A DNA stretch of 64,000 nt from Candidatus Nomurabacteria bacterium (GCA_020632155.1 JACKGE010000002.1:91685-155684); one strand, 5' to 3'. Positions 1 through 9,527 are shown, numbered from the stretch's first letter. A program made the numbers and translations. Notes: generated by a model from the letters alone, not told the origin.

Positions 1-183
1 CTCTTTAGAAGTATAAGAGGTATGGAAATAAAACCAACTGTGCTACAAAAAATAAGCACTATAAAGATGGTCTCCAAAGAACTGTGTTCTGGAATTGTTA
101 TATAGAATCCTATATACCACGACAACAAAGCGATTAGCGGAGTTAGTATAAATATTCCTTTTTCTACAAAATGAAAATGCATA

Positions 184-1086
184 TTATTTCATTGCTTCAA
201 TACCGCTGGTAATTTCACTCACCTCAGCAGTAATAGCTGCTTGGCGGGCATTGTTGAATTTAAGAGTGAGAAGTTTGGTCACCTCTTTGGCTTTATCAGT
301 GGCGTTTTTCATGGCTACCATACGAGCGGAATGCTCAGAGGCTTTGCTTTCAAGAAGGGCGTGGTAAAGAATGACCTCGACCAGAAGTGGGATCAGGGCA
401 TTTAACACCCCTTCCTCACCACCTTCAACTGTATACGCTATTTTGTTATCAGTCGGAGCCGCTACATCACTAAATTTACCGGTCTTTGGCTTGATGCCGC
501 GCATAATGTAGTGCACTTCTGCTGGATCAAGTGGCAAAATAGTGCGTGACGTTGGCTCCTGCTCGAAGGTAGAGAGGAAGTTTTGGTACATAACCTCTAC
601 AGCACCGTATTCACCGGCCGAAAAGCTGGTCAGAATGGTCTTGGCCATAGAGACAACATCTTCAAACGTTATGTCGTCAGAGACGTTTATGTGGTTTTCT
701 AGCACCGTCCTACCACTGCGCTCAGCAAATTCAAGGGCTTTGCGCCCAATAGCAATGACGTCAACTTCACTGTGGTCAAAAAAGTACTGTTCAGCGCGCT
801 TTAAGACGGCACTGTTAACACTTCCTGCTAAGCCTTTATCACTAGTGACAATCACCAAGAGGCGCTTAGGGTTATCACGCTTTTCTGCAAGCGGATGATG
901 TAGACCTTCTTGAGACTGACTGATGTTTGACAGTACACGCATGGCAGCATGTACGTAGGCGCGACTCTCAAAAGCGCGTTCTTGGCTCTTTCGCATCTTC
1001 ACTGCTGAGACCGCCTCCATGGCTTTGGTCACCTTGGCGGTTTTTTGGGTAGAAACTATTTTGTTTTTTATCTGCTTAAGTGCCAT
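184..1086 (-). CDS. atpG: F1Fo ATP synthase gamma subunit
   Basis: The 300-aa translation (MALKQIKNKIVSTQKTAKVTKAMEAVSAVKMRKSQERAFESRAY...) matches the ATP synthase gamma family; the gene follows atpA by 12 nt in operon order. Confidence 0.9.
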   Translation of the reverse strand: MALKQIKNKIVSTQKTAKVTKAMEAVSAVKMRKSQERAFESRAYVHAAMRVLSNISQSQEGLHHPLAEKRDNPKRLLVIVTSDKGLAGSVNSAVLKRAEQYFFDHSEVDVIAIGRKALEFAERSGRTVLENHINVSDDITFEDVVSMAKTILTSFSAGEYGAVEVMYQNFLSTFEQEPTSRTILPLDPAEVHYIMRGIKPKTGKFSDVAAPTDNKIAYTVEGGEEGVLNALIPLLVEVILYHALLESKASEHSARMVAMKNATDKAKEVTKLLTLKFNNARQAAITAEVSEITSGIEAMK

Positions 1087-1098
1087 GACGTAATCTAA

Positions 1099-2664
1099 CT
1101 ATGAACCGTAGTACGAACTATGTGCTTCTTTGAAGTCAGCGATGGCTGTGTCGAGTTTGGCGACGAGTTCGTCAGTAAGCTCGCGTCCTGTTTCAATAGC
1201 GTCAAAAATATCCTTGCGGTCACGCTCAATGAAACCGAGCCATGTTTCTTCAATAGCATGAACATTCTCTGCTTCAGTACCGTCAAAAATGCCGTTGTTT
1301 GCTGCGTAGATAGAGACTACCTGTTTGTAGAATGGCATTGGGTCATTTTGCTTTTGCTTCAAGAGTTCTACGTACTTGCGACCAGAATCAAGTCTTGCTT
1401 TGGTCTCTTCATCAAGGTCACTGGCAAACTGCATAAAGGCCTCAAGCTCGCGGAACTGGGCCAGCTCCAAGCGAATCTTACCTGACACTTTTTTCATGGC
1501 CTTGGTTTGAGCTGAAGAGCCCACGCGGGAGACGGAAATACCCACATTTAAAGCTGGGCGAATGCCTTTATTAAAGAGGTCTCCTTCAAGAAAGATCTGG
1601 CCATCAGTAATAGAAATTACGTTGGTTGGAATATACGCTGACACGTCACCTTCCTGTGTCTCAATAATCGGAAGCGCGGTAATAGAGCCACCACCGAGTT
1701 CTGCGGAGAGTTTTGCTGAGCGCTCAAGAAGACGTGAGTGTAGATAGAAAATATCACCTGGGTAGGCCTCACGTCCTGGTGGACGACGGAGCAAAAGTGA
1801 CATTTGTCGATACGCAACAGCATGTTTGGAAAGGTCATCAAATACCACCAAAACGTCTTTCCCTTGCTGCATAAAGTATTCACCAATAGCTGCACCTGCA
1901 AACGGCGCCAAAAAGAGCATTGGTGAAGCCTCTGAAGCTGAGGTAGCGACAATGGTGGTGTACTCCATGGCGCCGGCCGCTTCCAGCTTGGCCATCAGGC
2001 TAACTGTCTTAGATCGCTTTTGTCCAATAGCGACGTAAATACAAATTGGGCGTTTTTCTTTGGGCTCGTACTTTTGGTTGATGATGGTATCGATAGCGAT
2101 AGTTGTTTTACCGGTTTGTCTGTCGCCAATAATAAGCTCGCGTTGGCCGCGGCCAATCGGAATCATGGAGTCGATGGCCTTGATGCCGGTGTGCACTGGT
2201 TCATTTACACCAGAGCGCTCCATAACGCCGTACGCTACCCGTTCAATTGGCATGTCTGCTTTGCCTTCAATAGCACCCTTTCCATCAATAGTTTCACCAA
2301 GTGGGTTTACAACCCGCCCCACGATGTCTTCACTAACCGGAATGGAAAGTAGTTTTTTGGTGCGACGCACACGCATCCCCTCTCGAACACGCGCTGCACC
2401 ACCAAGCACGACCACTTTCACAGTATCCTCCTCAAGGTTCAATATGAGGCCGTAGAGAGTATCATCACTTTTGATCGCCTCTTCGAGACTAAGTCCGTCG
2501 GTATCTTCAAAAATGACCATTTCCATCATTTCTGCATCTTTGAGGCCATCTATTTCAGCGATACCATCTGAAGCTGCGGTTACGACACCGACTTCTTCGG
2601 GAATTGATGTGATATCGAGTGACTCAATCTCTTTTTTGATCTTATCGATTATGGTTGTGCTCAT
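1099..2664 (-). CDS. atpA: F1Fo ATP synthase alpha subunit
   Basis: 521 aa with Walker A GDRQTGKTTIAIDTIINQK and alpha-subunit-specific conserved blocks; its position between delta and gamma fits the operon. Confidence 0.95.
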   Translation of the reverse strand: MSTTIIDKIKKEIESLDITSIPEEVGVVTAASDGIAEIDGLKDAEMMEMVIFEDTDGLSLEEAIKSDDTLYGLILNLEEDTVKVVVLGGAARVREGMRVRRTKKLLSIPVSEDIVGRVVNPLGETIDGKGAIEGKADMPIERVAYGVMERSGVNEPVHTGIKAIDSMIPIGRGQRELIIGDRQTGKTTIAIDTIINQKYEPKEKRPICIYVAIGQKRSKTVSLMAKLEAAGAMEYTTIVATSASEASPMLFLAPFAGAAIGEYFMQQGKDVLVVFDDLSKHAVAYRQMSLLLRRPPGREAYPGDIFYLHSRLLERSAKLSAELGGGSITALPIIETQEGDVSAYIPTNVISITDGQIFLEGDLFNKGIRPALNVGISVSRVGSSAQTKAMKKVSGKIRLELAQFRELEAFMQFASDLDEETKARLDSGRKYVELLKQKQNDPMPFYKQVVSIYAANNGIFDGTEAENVHAIEETWLGFIERDRKDIFDAIETGRELTDELVAKLDTAIADFKEAHSSYYGS

Positions 2665-2682
2665 AACGGTTTGTGTGGGTTG

Positions 2683-3066
2683 CTATTTAGTAATATTTCG
2701 ATACAGCTTCACTAAAGCTGAACGGTAGGTTGTATCAAGACGACGGTGAGCGCTTTCGACGAGAAGACCGCCAATGACCGCTTCATCGATAGAAAGCTCG
2801 TACTCAGGCTCAGCTTCAAGTAACGTGAGTGCCTTGGTGATCTCAGCTTTTTGTTTTTTAGCAGCCTCTTCACTAACTACAGTAACGGTAGTTTTAGCGT
2901 GAGACTGTAAACGACTCATTTTACGCTCTACTGAACGCAAAATTGCTGACTTTAATTTGCTATGGCTGTGTGCTGCCAGTGTCTGATCAAGTCCGCGAAA
3001 TACATCAGCTGGTTTTGTTCCAGCTTGCAATAGCTCTACAACAGCTGATGCATAGTGCTCTTTCAT
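2683..3066 (-). CDS. atpH: F1Fo ATP synthase delta (OSCP) subunit, short form (127 aa)
   Basis: The C-terminal delta-like sequence (...IGGLLVESAHRRLDTTYRSALVKL) and position between atpF and atpA identify it. The start overlaps the atpF stop, so no longer N-terminus is possible in this frame. Confidence 0.65.
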   Translation of the reverse strand: MKEHYASAVVELLQAGTKPADVFRGLDQTLAAHSHSKLKSAILRSVERKMSRLQSHAKTTVTVVSEEAAKKQKAEITKALTLLEAEPEYELSIDEAVIGGLLVESAHRRLDTTYRSALVKLYRNITK

Positions 3067-3068
3067 GG

Positions 3069-3515
3069 TTAAGTGCGCTCTCTTAAGACTTGTTCAGCTG
3101 CCAAAACTGCGAGTTTAGCAATTTCCGCCTCACTTTCCTTTTTGGCTTGATTCTTTAGTTCAGTACCGGCTGCCTCGGCTTTTTCTACAATGCCTTCAGC
3201 TTTGTGTTCAGCTTCGTGGATGAGTTCACGGCTTTTTTCTTCAGCAAATACTTTTGCGCGAGCAGCCACATCTTCCGCTTCTTTGTGGGCACCGGTGAGG
3301 ATGTGTTGTTTTTCCTCTTCAGCTGCATCTTTGGCGGCTTTAGCGGCGTCGGCATCAGCCATTCCTTGCTTTATCTTCTCTTCGCGTTCACGCAGCATGT
3401 TTAACACTGGCGTGTACAAAAAGTACGACAAAGCACCCATCAAGACCACGAAGTTTATGATCTGAATAATGATGAGTTTGGCATCTATTCCAAAGGCATG
3501 TATAAGCTGTTCCAT
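3069..3515 (-). CDS. atpF: F1Fo ATP synthase subunit b
   Basis: N-terminal TM helix followed by a long charged A/E/K-rich coiled coil (EREEKIKQGMADADAAKAAKDAAEEEKQ...) is typical of subunit b; operon position agrees. Confidence 0.8.
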   Translation of the reverse strand: MEQLIHAFGIDAKLIIIQIINFVVLMGALSYFLYTPVLNMLREREEKIKQGMADADAAKAAKDAAEEEKQHILTGAHKEAEDVAARAKVFAEEKSRELIHEAEHKAEGIVEKAEAAGTELKNQAKKESEAEIAKLAVLAAEQVLRERT

Positions 3516-3663
3516 GATTTACTTCAGTATGTTTATGAAGGAGTGCACAGGATGCCTCAAATGCAAGGCGTTTGAAAAAAATATTGTGAGGTGAACTTTG
3601 GGCGTTCAGTGAGCAATATTTTTTGAAAAACAACGCAGCAGATGAGGTATATCTGTGTGCTCC

Positions 3664-3996
<333 letters not shown>

Positions 3997-3999
3997 CTA

Positions 4000-4818
4000 C
4001 TAGTGTGGTTCTTCAATCGCTAGCTTGATGAAATATAACGTCAAAATAGCAAAGATAAAGGCCTGAATAAAGCCCACAAAGAGCTCATAGGCAATGAGTG
4101 GCACTGGCAGTACGTACGGTGTAGCCAAGAACATCACCACCAACAGTAGCGTCTTGCCAGCAAAAATATTGCCAAATAGACGAAATGAGAACGAGATCAA
4201 GCGAGCCATTTCACTTAATAGTTCAATGAGTCCAATCACAAAACCCAGAGGGGAGCGGAAGTTAATGAATTTACCAACATACTTAAAGAAACCAAGTACG
4301 GTTACTCCAGCCAGTTCAATAGCTACAAAAGCTACAATTGCAAACGCGATGGTGATGTTAAGGTCAGTCGCAGCAGGATGGAAGAACGGTATAAGCTTCT
4401 GCGCCACTTCCCCATGACTTTCTGCTTCGCCGTAGTAACCTATGGCGTCAATCCCTGGTAACAGCCCGACCCAATTCATGACCAAGATAAATATAAAAAT
4501 GGTCATCACGAGTGGAAAGTAGCGTTTGGCGTAAGCCTGACTTTCAAGTACGTCAGCCATATAGTCGTAGACGCCGCCAAGTAGTAGCTCGAAAAAGTTT
4601 TGTAGCTTGTTTGGAATCAGCGCTATCTTTCCTCTGACACGCCACGCGATCAGTAACAGAATGGCCATAGTGAGCCATACAGTAAGGAGTGTACTGGTGA
4701 TAGCAATTCCACCAATGGTAGTAACTGTTTCTGGGGCAAGGTGTATAGCAATACCCTCACTTTCATGACTTTCGTGAGTCTCTTCGGCTGCTTCAGCAAT
4801 CGTGTATATAGCTAACAT
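4000..4818 (-). CDS. atpB: F1Fo ATP synthase subunit a
   Basis: 272-aa polytopic membrane protein with a conserved C-terminal a-subunit region (...LLLVVMFLATPYVLPVPLIAYELFVGFIQAFIFAILTLYF); first gene of the operon. Confidence 0.85.
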   Translation of the reverse strand: MLAIYTIAEAAEETHESHESEGIAIHLAPETVTTIGGIAITSTLLTVWLTMAILLLIAWRVRGKIALIPNKLQNFFELLLGGVYDYMADVLESQAYAKRYFPLVMTIFIFILVMNWVGLLPGIDAIGYYGEAESHGEVAQKLIPFFHPAATDLNITIAFAIVAFVAIELAGVTVLGFFKYVGKFINFRSPLGFVIGLIELLSEMARLISFSFRLFGNIFAGKTLLLVVMFLATPYVLPVPLIAYELFVGFIQAFIFAILTLYFIKLAIEEPH

Positions 4819-4921
4819 AGTTCACCGCTTCCCCGCCAAAAGACAGGATTTGCGCCGGTATACTAACACGAATTTAGCGATACGGGAACGCTTTTACTGG
4901 ATATGTACACTCCTTTTAGAC

Positions 4922-5623
4922 CTAGATGGTTATCTCTGACGCTACTGGAGCCTCGCTAGGCATTTGCTTCACTTCTTGATACAAGCGGTACAGATAAATG
5001 ACAGAAACTGGTACCAGAATTAAATTCATAAGGTAAATGAGGGACACTGCAATAAGTGGCATTATTACTGTACTGAGTAGACTTACAGCCAATGAAAAAG
5101 CAAAGGCGTATACGAACGAAAATCCGACAAACACCAAAAGTCGCCACGCTACGGCCCACCACTGTCCTTTGATGTAGTGATAGCTCTGTTTACATGAGGC
5201 AATCGGGCCTTTATCTTCAAGCACAAGAACAATATATGCCAGCGACGTATAGATCATTATCATAATACCCGGAACTACGAGCAGGAGCAGCCCAAGCAAC
5301 GTCATGAAGCCAAGCAAAAGACTAAGTAAGACATATTTCCAGAAAAACCCATACGACTGCTTAAACGACGCCATAATCGTCATTGTTGGGTCGTTTACAG
5401 CCTTTACCAGTGCAATGGCGGCATACACATTAAGAACTATGAGGATAACCGACACGACTGCAAAGGCCACTGAGGTGCCGAGCGCGAGCTCTTGGCCATC
5501 TTCCACATTAAAGACCAATAGGTACGAGCCAATAGTAGGCAGGAGGTAGATCCCGCCGTACAAGGCAATATTTGAGAAATACTGCGCAAATGACTCTTTT
5601 ATAAGGATAAAGGGGCTTTTCAT
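4922..5623 (-). CDS. hypothetical polytopic membrane protein (upstream of atp operon)
   Basis: 233 aa with five to six predicted TM helices; no recognised motif. It occupies the position often held by atpI, but similarity is not evident. Confidence 0.5.
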   Translation of the reverse strand: MKSPFILIKESFAQYFSNIALYGGIYLLPTIGSYLLVFNVEDGQELALGTSVAFAVVSVILIVLNVYAAIALVKAVNDPTMTIMASFKQSYGFFWKYVLLSLLLGFMTLLGLLLLVVPGIMIMIYTSLAYIVLVLEDKGPIASCKQSYHYIKGQWWAVAWRLLVFVGFSFVYAFAFSLAVSLLSTVIMPLIAVSLIYLMNLILVPVSVIYLYRLYQEVKQMPSEAPVASEITI

Positions 5624-5689
5624 AGGTTGGCGTTAGTTTATATATATTTATTTTAGCAGTTTAGTTGCCTTTCTGTAGCTCTTTTGTGT

Positions 5690-5728
5690 ATAAAAAACAC
5701 AGCCTTACCAAGCTGTGTTTTTTATTTC
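5690..5728. terminator. bidirectional rho-independent terminator
   Basis: Hairpin AAAAAACACAGC-cttaccaa-GCTGTGTTTTTT, followed by T-runs on both strands. It lies just downstream of the minus-strand tRNA cluster. Confidence 0.7.
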
Positions 5729-5737
5729 GTTTCAGTG

Positions 5738-5805
5738 TGGACCCGACTGGACTCGAACCAGCGGTCGCTCCTCCGTGCATAAACAGAGTGCTTGGACATA
5801 CTGAG
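5738..5805 (-). pseudogene. degenerate partial duplicate of tRNA-Ala (3' portion only)
   Basis: 41 nt (tttcgtttcagtgtggacccgactggactcgaaccagcgg) are identical to the 3' half plus 13-nt 3' flank of the downstream tRNA-Ala(TGC), giving the same T-arm and 3' acceptor strand. The anticodon region is indel-ridden (6- or 8-nt loop only) and no 5' acceptor strand complementary to CGGGTCC is present. Confidence 0.55.
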
Positions 5806-5832
5806 GTTAAACAGTCTGGGAGACTGTTTAAC
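5806..5832. other. perfect 12-bp stem / 3-nt loop hairpin between the two tRNA-Ala copies
   Basis: GTTAAACAGTCT-ggg-AGACTGTTTAAC is exactly complementary; it may be a processing or termination element between the tRNA units. Confidence 0.6.
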
Positions 5833-5860
5833 GGCCCACTCAACAAATTTCGTTTCAGTG

Positions 5861-5934
5861 TGGACCCGACTGGACTCGAACCAGCGGCCTCCTGAGTGCA
5901 AAACAGGTGCTCTAGCCATCTGAGCTACGGGCCC
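5861..5934 (-). tRNA. tRNA-Ala (anticodon UGC)
   Basis: Reverse complement GGGCCCGTAGCTCAGATGGCTAGAGCACCTGTTTTGCACTCAGGAGGCCGCTGGTTCGAGTCCAGTCGGGTCCA folds as a cloverleaf. It has the G3:U70 Ala identity pair, anticodon loop TTTGCAC, T-loop TTCGAGT, and CCA not encoded. Confidence 0.85.
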
Positions 5935-6039
5935 ACACTGAAACCAAAAATATGAAAGTCGCAATATATTACTGATTAACTGACAAATAGTCAACTAATC
6001 TTGGGTGCAAAATTAGACTGTGCTATCATATCTGCCTAC

Positions 6040-6110
6040 TGGGCTCATAGTATAACGGTAACACGCATCCATGGCATGGATGAGTTCGGGGTTCGATTCC
6101 CCGTGAGTCC
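6040..6110 (+). tRNA. tRNA-Ala (anticodon GGC)
   Basis: GGGCTCATAGTATAACGGTAACACGCATCCATGGCATGGATGAGTTCGGGGTTCGATTCCCCGTGAGTCCA has acceptor GGGCTCA/TGAGTCC with G3:U70, anticodon stem CATCC/GGATG with loop ATGGCAT, T-loop TTCGATT, and CCA not encoded. Confidence 0.8.
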
Positions 6111-6215
6111 ACAGCATATACGCACAAAGACACCTTTGGTGCCTTTGATGCGTATAGCTGTGGACTCAAGCAGGCAACCTGTGTTGCCTGCGGCGGGGAA
6201 TCGAAGCGGCGCAAG
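6108..6215 (+). other. structured region immediately 3' of tRNA-Ala(GGC): long bulged stem-loop, second hairpin, T-run
   Basis: The imperfect ~20-bp stem CCACAGCATATACGCACAAAG...CTTTGATGCGTATAGCTGTGG begins inside the tRNA 3' end at 6108-6165 and has an inner CACC-ttt-GGTG hairpin. A second hairpin, GCAGGCAAC-ctgtg-GTTGCCTGC, sits at 6170-6192. Then comes a T-arm-like fragment GGGGAATCGAA and TTTTTT. The ORF-track ORFs 6001-6279(+) and 6026-6214(-) here are judged spurious. Confidence 0.45.
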
Positions 6216-6346
6216 ATATTTTTTGAGCGTTCCTAGCGAGAAAAATCTGAGCCGCCGTCCAGAAGCCTTAGTATTTTAGGAGTGTAACGAACTAAAGTAC
6301 TTAGAACTTCGGGGACGATTTCCAAGCATTTACTTATCTTTATTTT

Positions 6347-6868
6347 CTACTCCACCACCCACGGTTCACCAGCAGTTACTGAAGTCCGCGTGCCAACAAC
6401 AAGTTTTCCTGACTTGTCCCAACCAAGTGCTGTATCAGAGTTCAAGCTGGCGACATGCATACCCTCTCTGGTCTGTACTCTGTGGACTGTATCCGTATCA
6501 GCATCGTAGATATAGTTCAAACAAAAATTATCATCGCTGCTTAACTGACTGCAAAAATATGCGTACTGCCCGCTCGGTGAAACTGTGGCACTGACGATCG
6601 CGTTATAAAAACCCTCTTTGTTTTCAAGTTCATCATATGCTTTAGCTGCAATCACCCGCTCTGTGTCTCCAAGCACCATAAATAAGCCGTCATGTCGCTC
6701 CTCCAGAGTGGCGGTAATAGCTGTGGCCTGTTGTGTAGAGTCAACAATACTCTCAACTTGATATTGTGTCGCCGGAACTGTAGTTGTAATACCAAACGCA
6801 ATAAATGCTGTTGTGAATCCAATCGTGTATGCCAGTACCACCAGCGTCGCTTGTTCATGTTTCATCAT
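6347..6868 (-). CDS. hypothetical membrane-anchored/secreted protein
   Basis: An N-terminal hydrophobic helix (LVVLAYTIGFTTAFIAFGITTT) is followed by a soluble domain. The start is placed at the internal Met (MMKHEQ...) to avoid overlap with the upstream gene. Confidence 0.5.
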   Translation of the reverse strand: MMKHEQATLVVLAYTIGFTTAFIAFGITTTVPATQYQVESIVDSTQQATAITATLEERHDGLFMVLGDTERVIAAKAYDELENKEGFYNAIVSATVSPSGQYAYFCSQLSSDDNFCLNYIYDADTDTVHRVQTREGMHVASLNSDTALGWDKSGKLVVGTRTSVTAGEPWVVE

Positions 6869-6884
6869 ACTTGAAATTCTAACA

Positions 6885-7187
6885 TTATTTACCACACAAC
6901 TTCTCAATGCGCTCTGCTAAAGCTGTGTCTAACTTTGTGAGACCTTTGGCTTCATGTGTAGTTAGTTTGATTCGCATCGTGGAATATTTGTATGTAATTT
7001 CGGGGTGATGCTTAAGTAACTCAGCATGGACACAGATGCGAGCAATAAGTACCAGTCCATCTACGTACTGTGAAAAAGATATTTCCCGAACCAAATCTTT
7101 GTCTCCTCGTTTTAACTCCCAATTTGGAAATTTTTTAACAAATGTTTGCAGTTGCTTTTTAGTAAGGAGCTTTTGCTTCATTACCAT
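6885..7187 (-). CDS. pterin-4a-carbinolamine dehydratase (PCD/DCoH family)
   Basis: 100 aa with the family hallmark ...HHPEITYKYSTMRIKLTTHEAKGLT. Confidence 0.8.
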   Translation of the reverse strand: MVMKQKLLTKKQLQTFVKKFPNWELKRGDKDLVREISFSQYVDGLVLIARICVHAELLKHHPEITYKYSTMRIKLTTHEAKGLTKLDTALAERIEKLCGK

Positions 7188-7221
7188 CTATAGTAACAGC
7201 GCGCCTCTACTTCACTATTAG

Positions 7222-8199
7222 TTATACACGGCCCTTATGATAAGCATCGAGCAGTAGGTGCTCAATAAAATGACTATACGAGCACCCTACAGCTGATAGC
7301 GAGCGCGGTAGTAATGATTCACTTGTAAGTCCGGGGAGTGTATTTACCTCCAAAAAGTACACCCCGTCGGCAGTAACAATAAAGTCACTTCGTGAATACT
7401 GAGCGAGGCCAAGTGTTTGATGCACCATTGTGGCTGCATCCTCTAAAGCTGTCTTTTCAGCTTTAGAAAAGCGCCCCGGGCATATTTCCTCGGTTTTTCC
7501 GTTGTATTTGTTCTCATAATCAAAAAAGAGAGACTCGGCCGGTGGCACAATCTCAATCGCAGGTAGTCGGTAAATACTTTGATCTCGGAAACGTTCGACA
7601 ACTCCCACCGTCGCTTCTTTGCCAACCAATCGTTGCTCAACCAGTACTTCCTCGTGCTGTTTTGTTATCTCTGTAAGAGCAGTATATAAATCATTCACAC
7701 CAGCAGCGTTTCGGACATCAATAGACGAACCACCGTTGATAGGTTTTATAACGTACTCTGGTCCAAACAAAGATTCGATGGAAGTGGCAACACGATACAG
7801 GTCAGCACTGTCGCGGGACACTTTCATATGTGGTGCCATATTGATCCCAGCTTCCTTTAAGTGTTCTTTGGTGAGCAGCTTATTCATGGCAATAGCAGAT
7901 GGATACGGACCACTACCGGTATACGGCACGTGGGCTCGCTCAAGTTGTCGCTGTAACGTACCATCTTCACCATAAACGCCATGAAGTGCTATAAAGACCA
8001 CATCGACACTCTCAAGTACCATAAGCGGGTCACGCTGAAACCCGCTTTCAATCCAGTCACCAGCACGCGTCACAATAATATCGCGTACTCGGTATCTTTC
8101 TGGAGCCAGTACAGATAAGACCTCAGCGCCAGTGCGCATCGAGACATCATGCTCTTGGCTAGGGCCGCCCCGTATAATAGCCACCGAAAGTCGTTGCAT
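7222..8199 (-). CDS. ddl: D-alanine--D-alanine ligase
   Basis: 325 aa; the N-terminal GGPSQEHDVS, HGVYGEDGTLQ, and ATP-grasp C-terminal blocks (EVNTLPG) match Ddl. Confidence 0.85.
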   Translation of the reverse strand: MQRLSVAIIRGGPSQEHDVSMRTGAEVLSVLAPERYRVRDIIVTRAGDWIESGFQRDPLMVLESVDVVFIALHGVYGEDGTLQRQLERAHVPYTGSGPYPSAIAMNKLLTKEHLKEAGINMAPHMKVSRDSADLYRVATSIESLFGPEYVIKPINGGSSIDVRNAAGVNDLYTALTEITKQHEEVLVEQRLVGKEATVGVVERFRDQSIYRLPAIEIVPPAESLFFDYENKYNGKTEEICPGRFSKAEKTALEDAATMVHQTLGLAQYSRSDFIVTADGVYFLEVNTLPGLTSESLLPRSLSAVGCSYSHFIEHLLLDAYHKGRV

Positions 8200-8219
8200 A
8201 CCAGTATGATACCACGCAG

Positions 8220-9470
8220 TTATCCTAGGCGTGATGTAGGCAAAAAAGTTTGGCTGCGTTTTTTTGTGTGGTACCCAATAGCAAAACGATGGGCCTCGGC
8301 ATTGGCAAGTAAGATCTCGTTTTGAAACTGCTTTACAAGCCTTGAAGAGCCCTTTATGGCTTTTGGTTTGTGGTGTTCATCCTTAGTAACCGCAACCACA
8401 GGGATGAGCATATGATGTGCTTTTAATACCTTCTCGGCTACGTTTTTTTGTGCGGTGCTACCATCAACTACCATAAGTTGTGGCAGGGGCCACTCAGGGT
8501 GACCTAAGCGCCGCTCTAACACCTCACGAAGTGCTGCAGTGTCATTGGAAGCGGTGACGGTTTGTATTTTAAATTTACGGTAGTCACTTTTTATTACTTC
8601 CCCGCCTTCAAGCACCGTCATAACACCAACCATGTCTGCTCCTGCCATATGCGCTATGTCATACGCTTCGATGCGTGCGCGCTTTTCGTCTCGGTACAGT
8701 TTTAACTCATTTTTTATAAGCGCAATATCTTGTATATGTTCTAATGCAAAAATGCGTCGTTTACAAACCTCAGCATCTTCAAATCGTTCATGCTTCGCAT
8801 GAGTAAGCATTTCTTTCTCAAGCTCTTTGATGACCGTCGCTTTTTTCCCTTCAAAAAATAGCCTAATGTGTCTAATGGTTGTGGCGTACTTTTGTTTACT
8901 TGCTTCGTCTGGGTACAGACCTATCTGGCGATTGAAATCAATCGTGCCGCGCGAGAGTTTGCTCTTTTGGCTGCCAACAGGATCTTTGGTGTCATAAAAT
9001 TTAAACAAACGACGTACAATTTTTAGGGCCTCACGAAACAACGTACCGGATGTAAACGGACCAAAGTGGTATTTGATGTCTCGCTCGTTGTATTGCTCCG
9101 TTAGGTCTTTGCCGCGAACCACGAGCACTCGTGGCCACTCCTCATTGGTGATGATGAGGTGATTGTAGCTTTTATCGTCTTTGGAGATGGTGTTATAGCG
9201 GGGTTTGTGTGTACGTATTAAGTTTGTCTCCAAAATAAGCGCCTCAAGCACCGAATCAGTGACGGTCCAGTCAATACTCTTAGCCTCCGCTACCATCTTT
9301 TCGATGAGTTCAGAGCGCTTCTCAGCCACATCGGTTGCAAAATAGCTGCGCACTCGGTTCTTAAGCGACGTGGCTTTACCGATATACAAAATCTCTTTGC
9401 GAGCACCGAGAAAAAAATACACCCCAGAGGCGTCGGGTAATTTTTTCTTTGCTAGGGCTTCTTTGGTCAC
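8220..9470 (-). CDS. uvrC: excinuclease ABC subunit C, short form lacking C-terminal (HhH)2
   Basis: The N-terminus carries a GIY-YIG motif (GVYFFLG...ILYIGKATSLKNRVRSYF). A UVR-like segment follows (EKEMLTHAKHERFEDAEVCKRRIFALE). The RNaseH-like endonuclease block is RIEAYDIAHMAGADMVGVMTV...KSDYRKFKI. The protein ends at 416 aa with no HhH domain. Confidence 0.75.
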   Translation of the reverse strand: MTKEALAKKKLPDASGVYFFLGARKEILYIGKATSLKNRVRSYFATDVAEKRSELIEKMVAEAKSIDWTVTDSVLEALILETNLIRTHKPRYNTISKDDKSYNHLIITNEEWPRVLVVRGKDLTEQYNERDIKYHFGPFTSGTLFREALKIVRRLFKFYDTKDPVGSQKSKLSRGTIDFNRQIGLYPDEASKQKYATTIRHIRLFFEGKKATVIKELEKEMLTHAKHERFEDAEVCKRRIFALEHIQDIALIKNELKLYRDEKRARIEAYDIAHMAGADMVGVMTVLEGGEVIKSDYRKFKIQTVTASNDTAALREVLERRLGHPEWPLPQLMVVDGSTAQKNVAEKVLKAHHMLIPVVAVTKDEHHKPKAIKGSSRLVKQFQNEILLANAEAHRFAIGYHTKKRSQTFLPTSRLG

Positions 9471-9527
9471 AGTACTAGTGTATGAAAAACAACCGAGCGG
9501 CGCAAATCAATGCGCCGCTGTAACCGA

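Noticed and set aside
3516-3663. Mirror/inverted repeat TTGAAAAAAATATTG...CAATATTTTTTGAAAAA between atpE and atpF.
   Set aside because: It has only an ~11-bp imperfect stem with a 34-nt loop. It is probably an ordinary intra-operon attenuating hairpin and is not distinctive.
5738-5934. Integrated mobile element at tRNA-Ala, suggested by the 41-nt direct repeat of the tRNA 3' end.
   Set aside because: The repeats are only ~85 bp apart with no integrase or cargo between them. A local partial tandem duplication or an old excision scar is more likely.
6001-6279. ORFs 6001-6279(+) and 6026-6214(-) of 92 and 62 aa.
   Set aside because: They overlap tRNA-Ala(GGC) and the hairpin-rich structured region, and the sequence is better explained as RNA.
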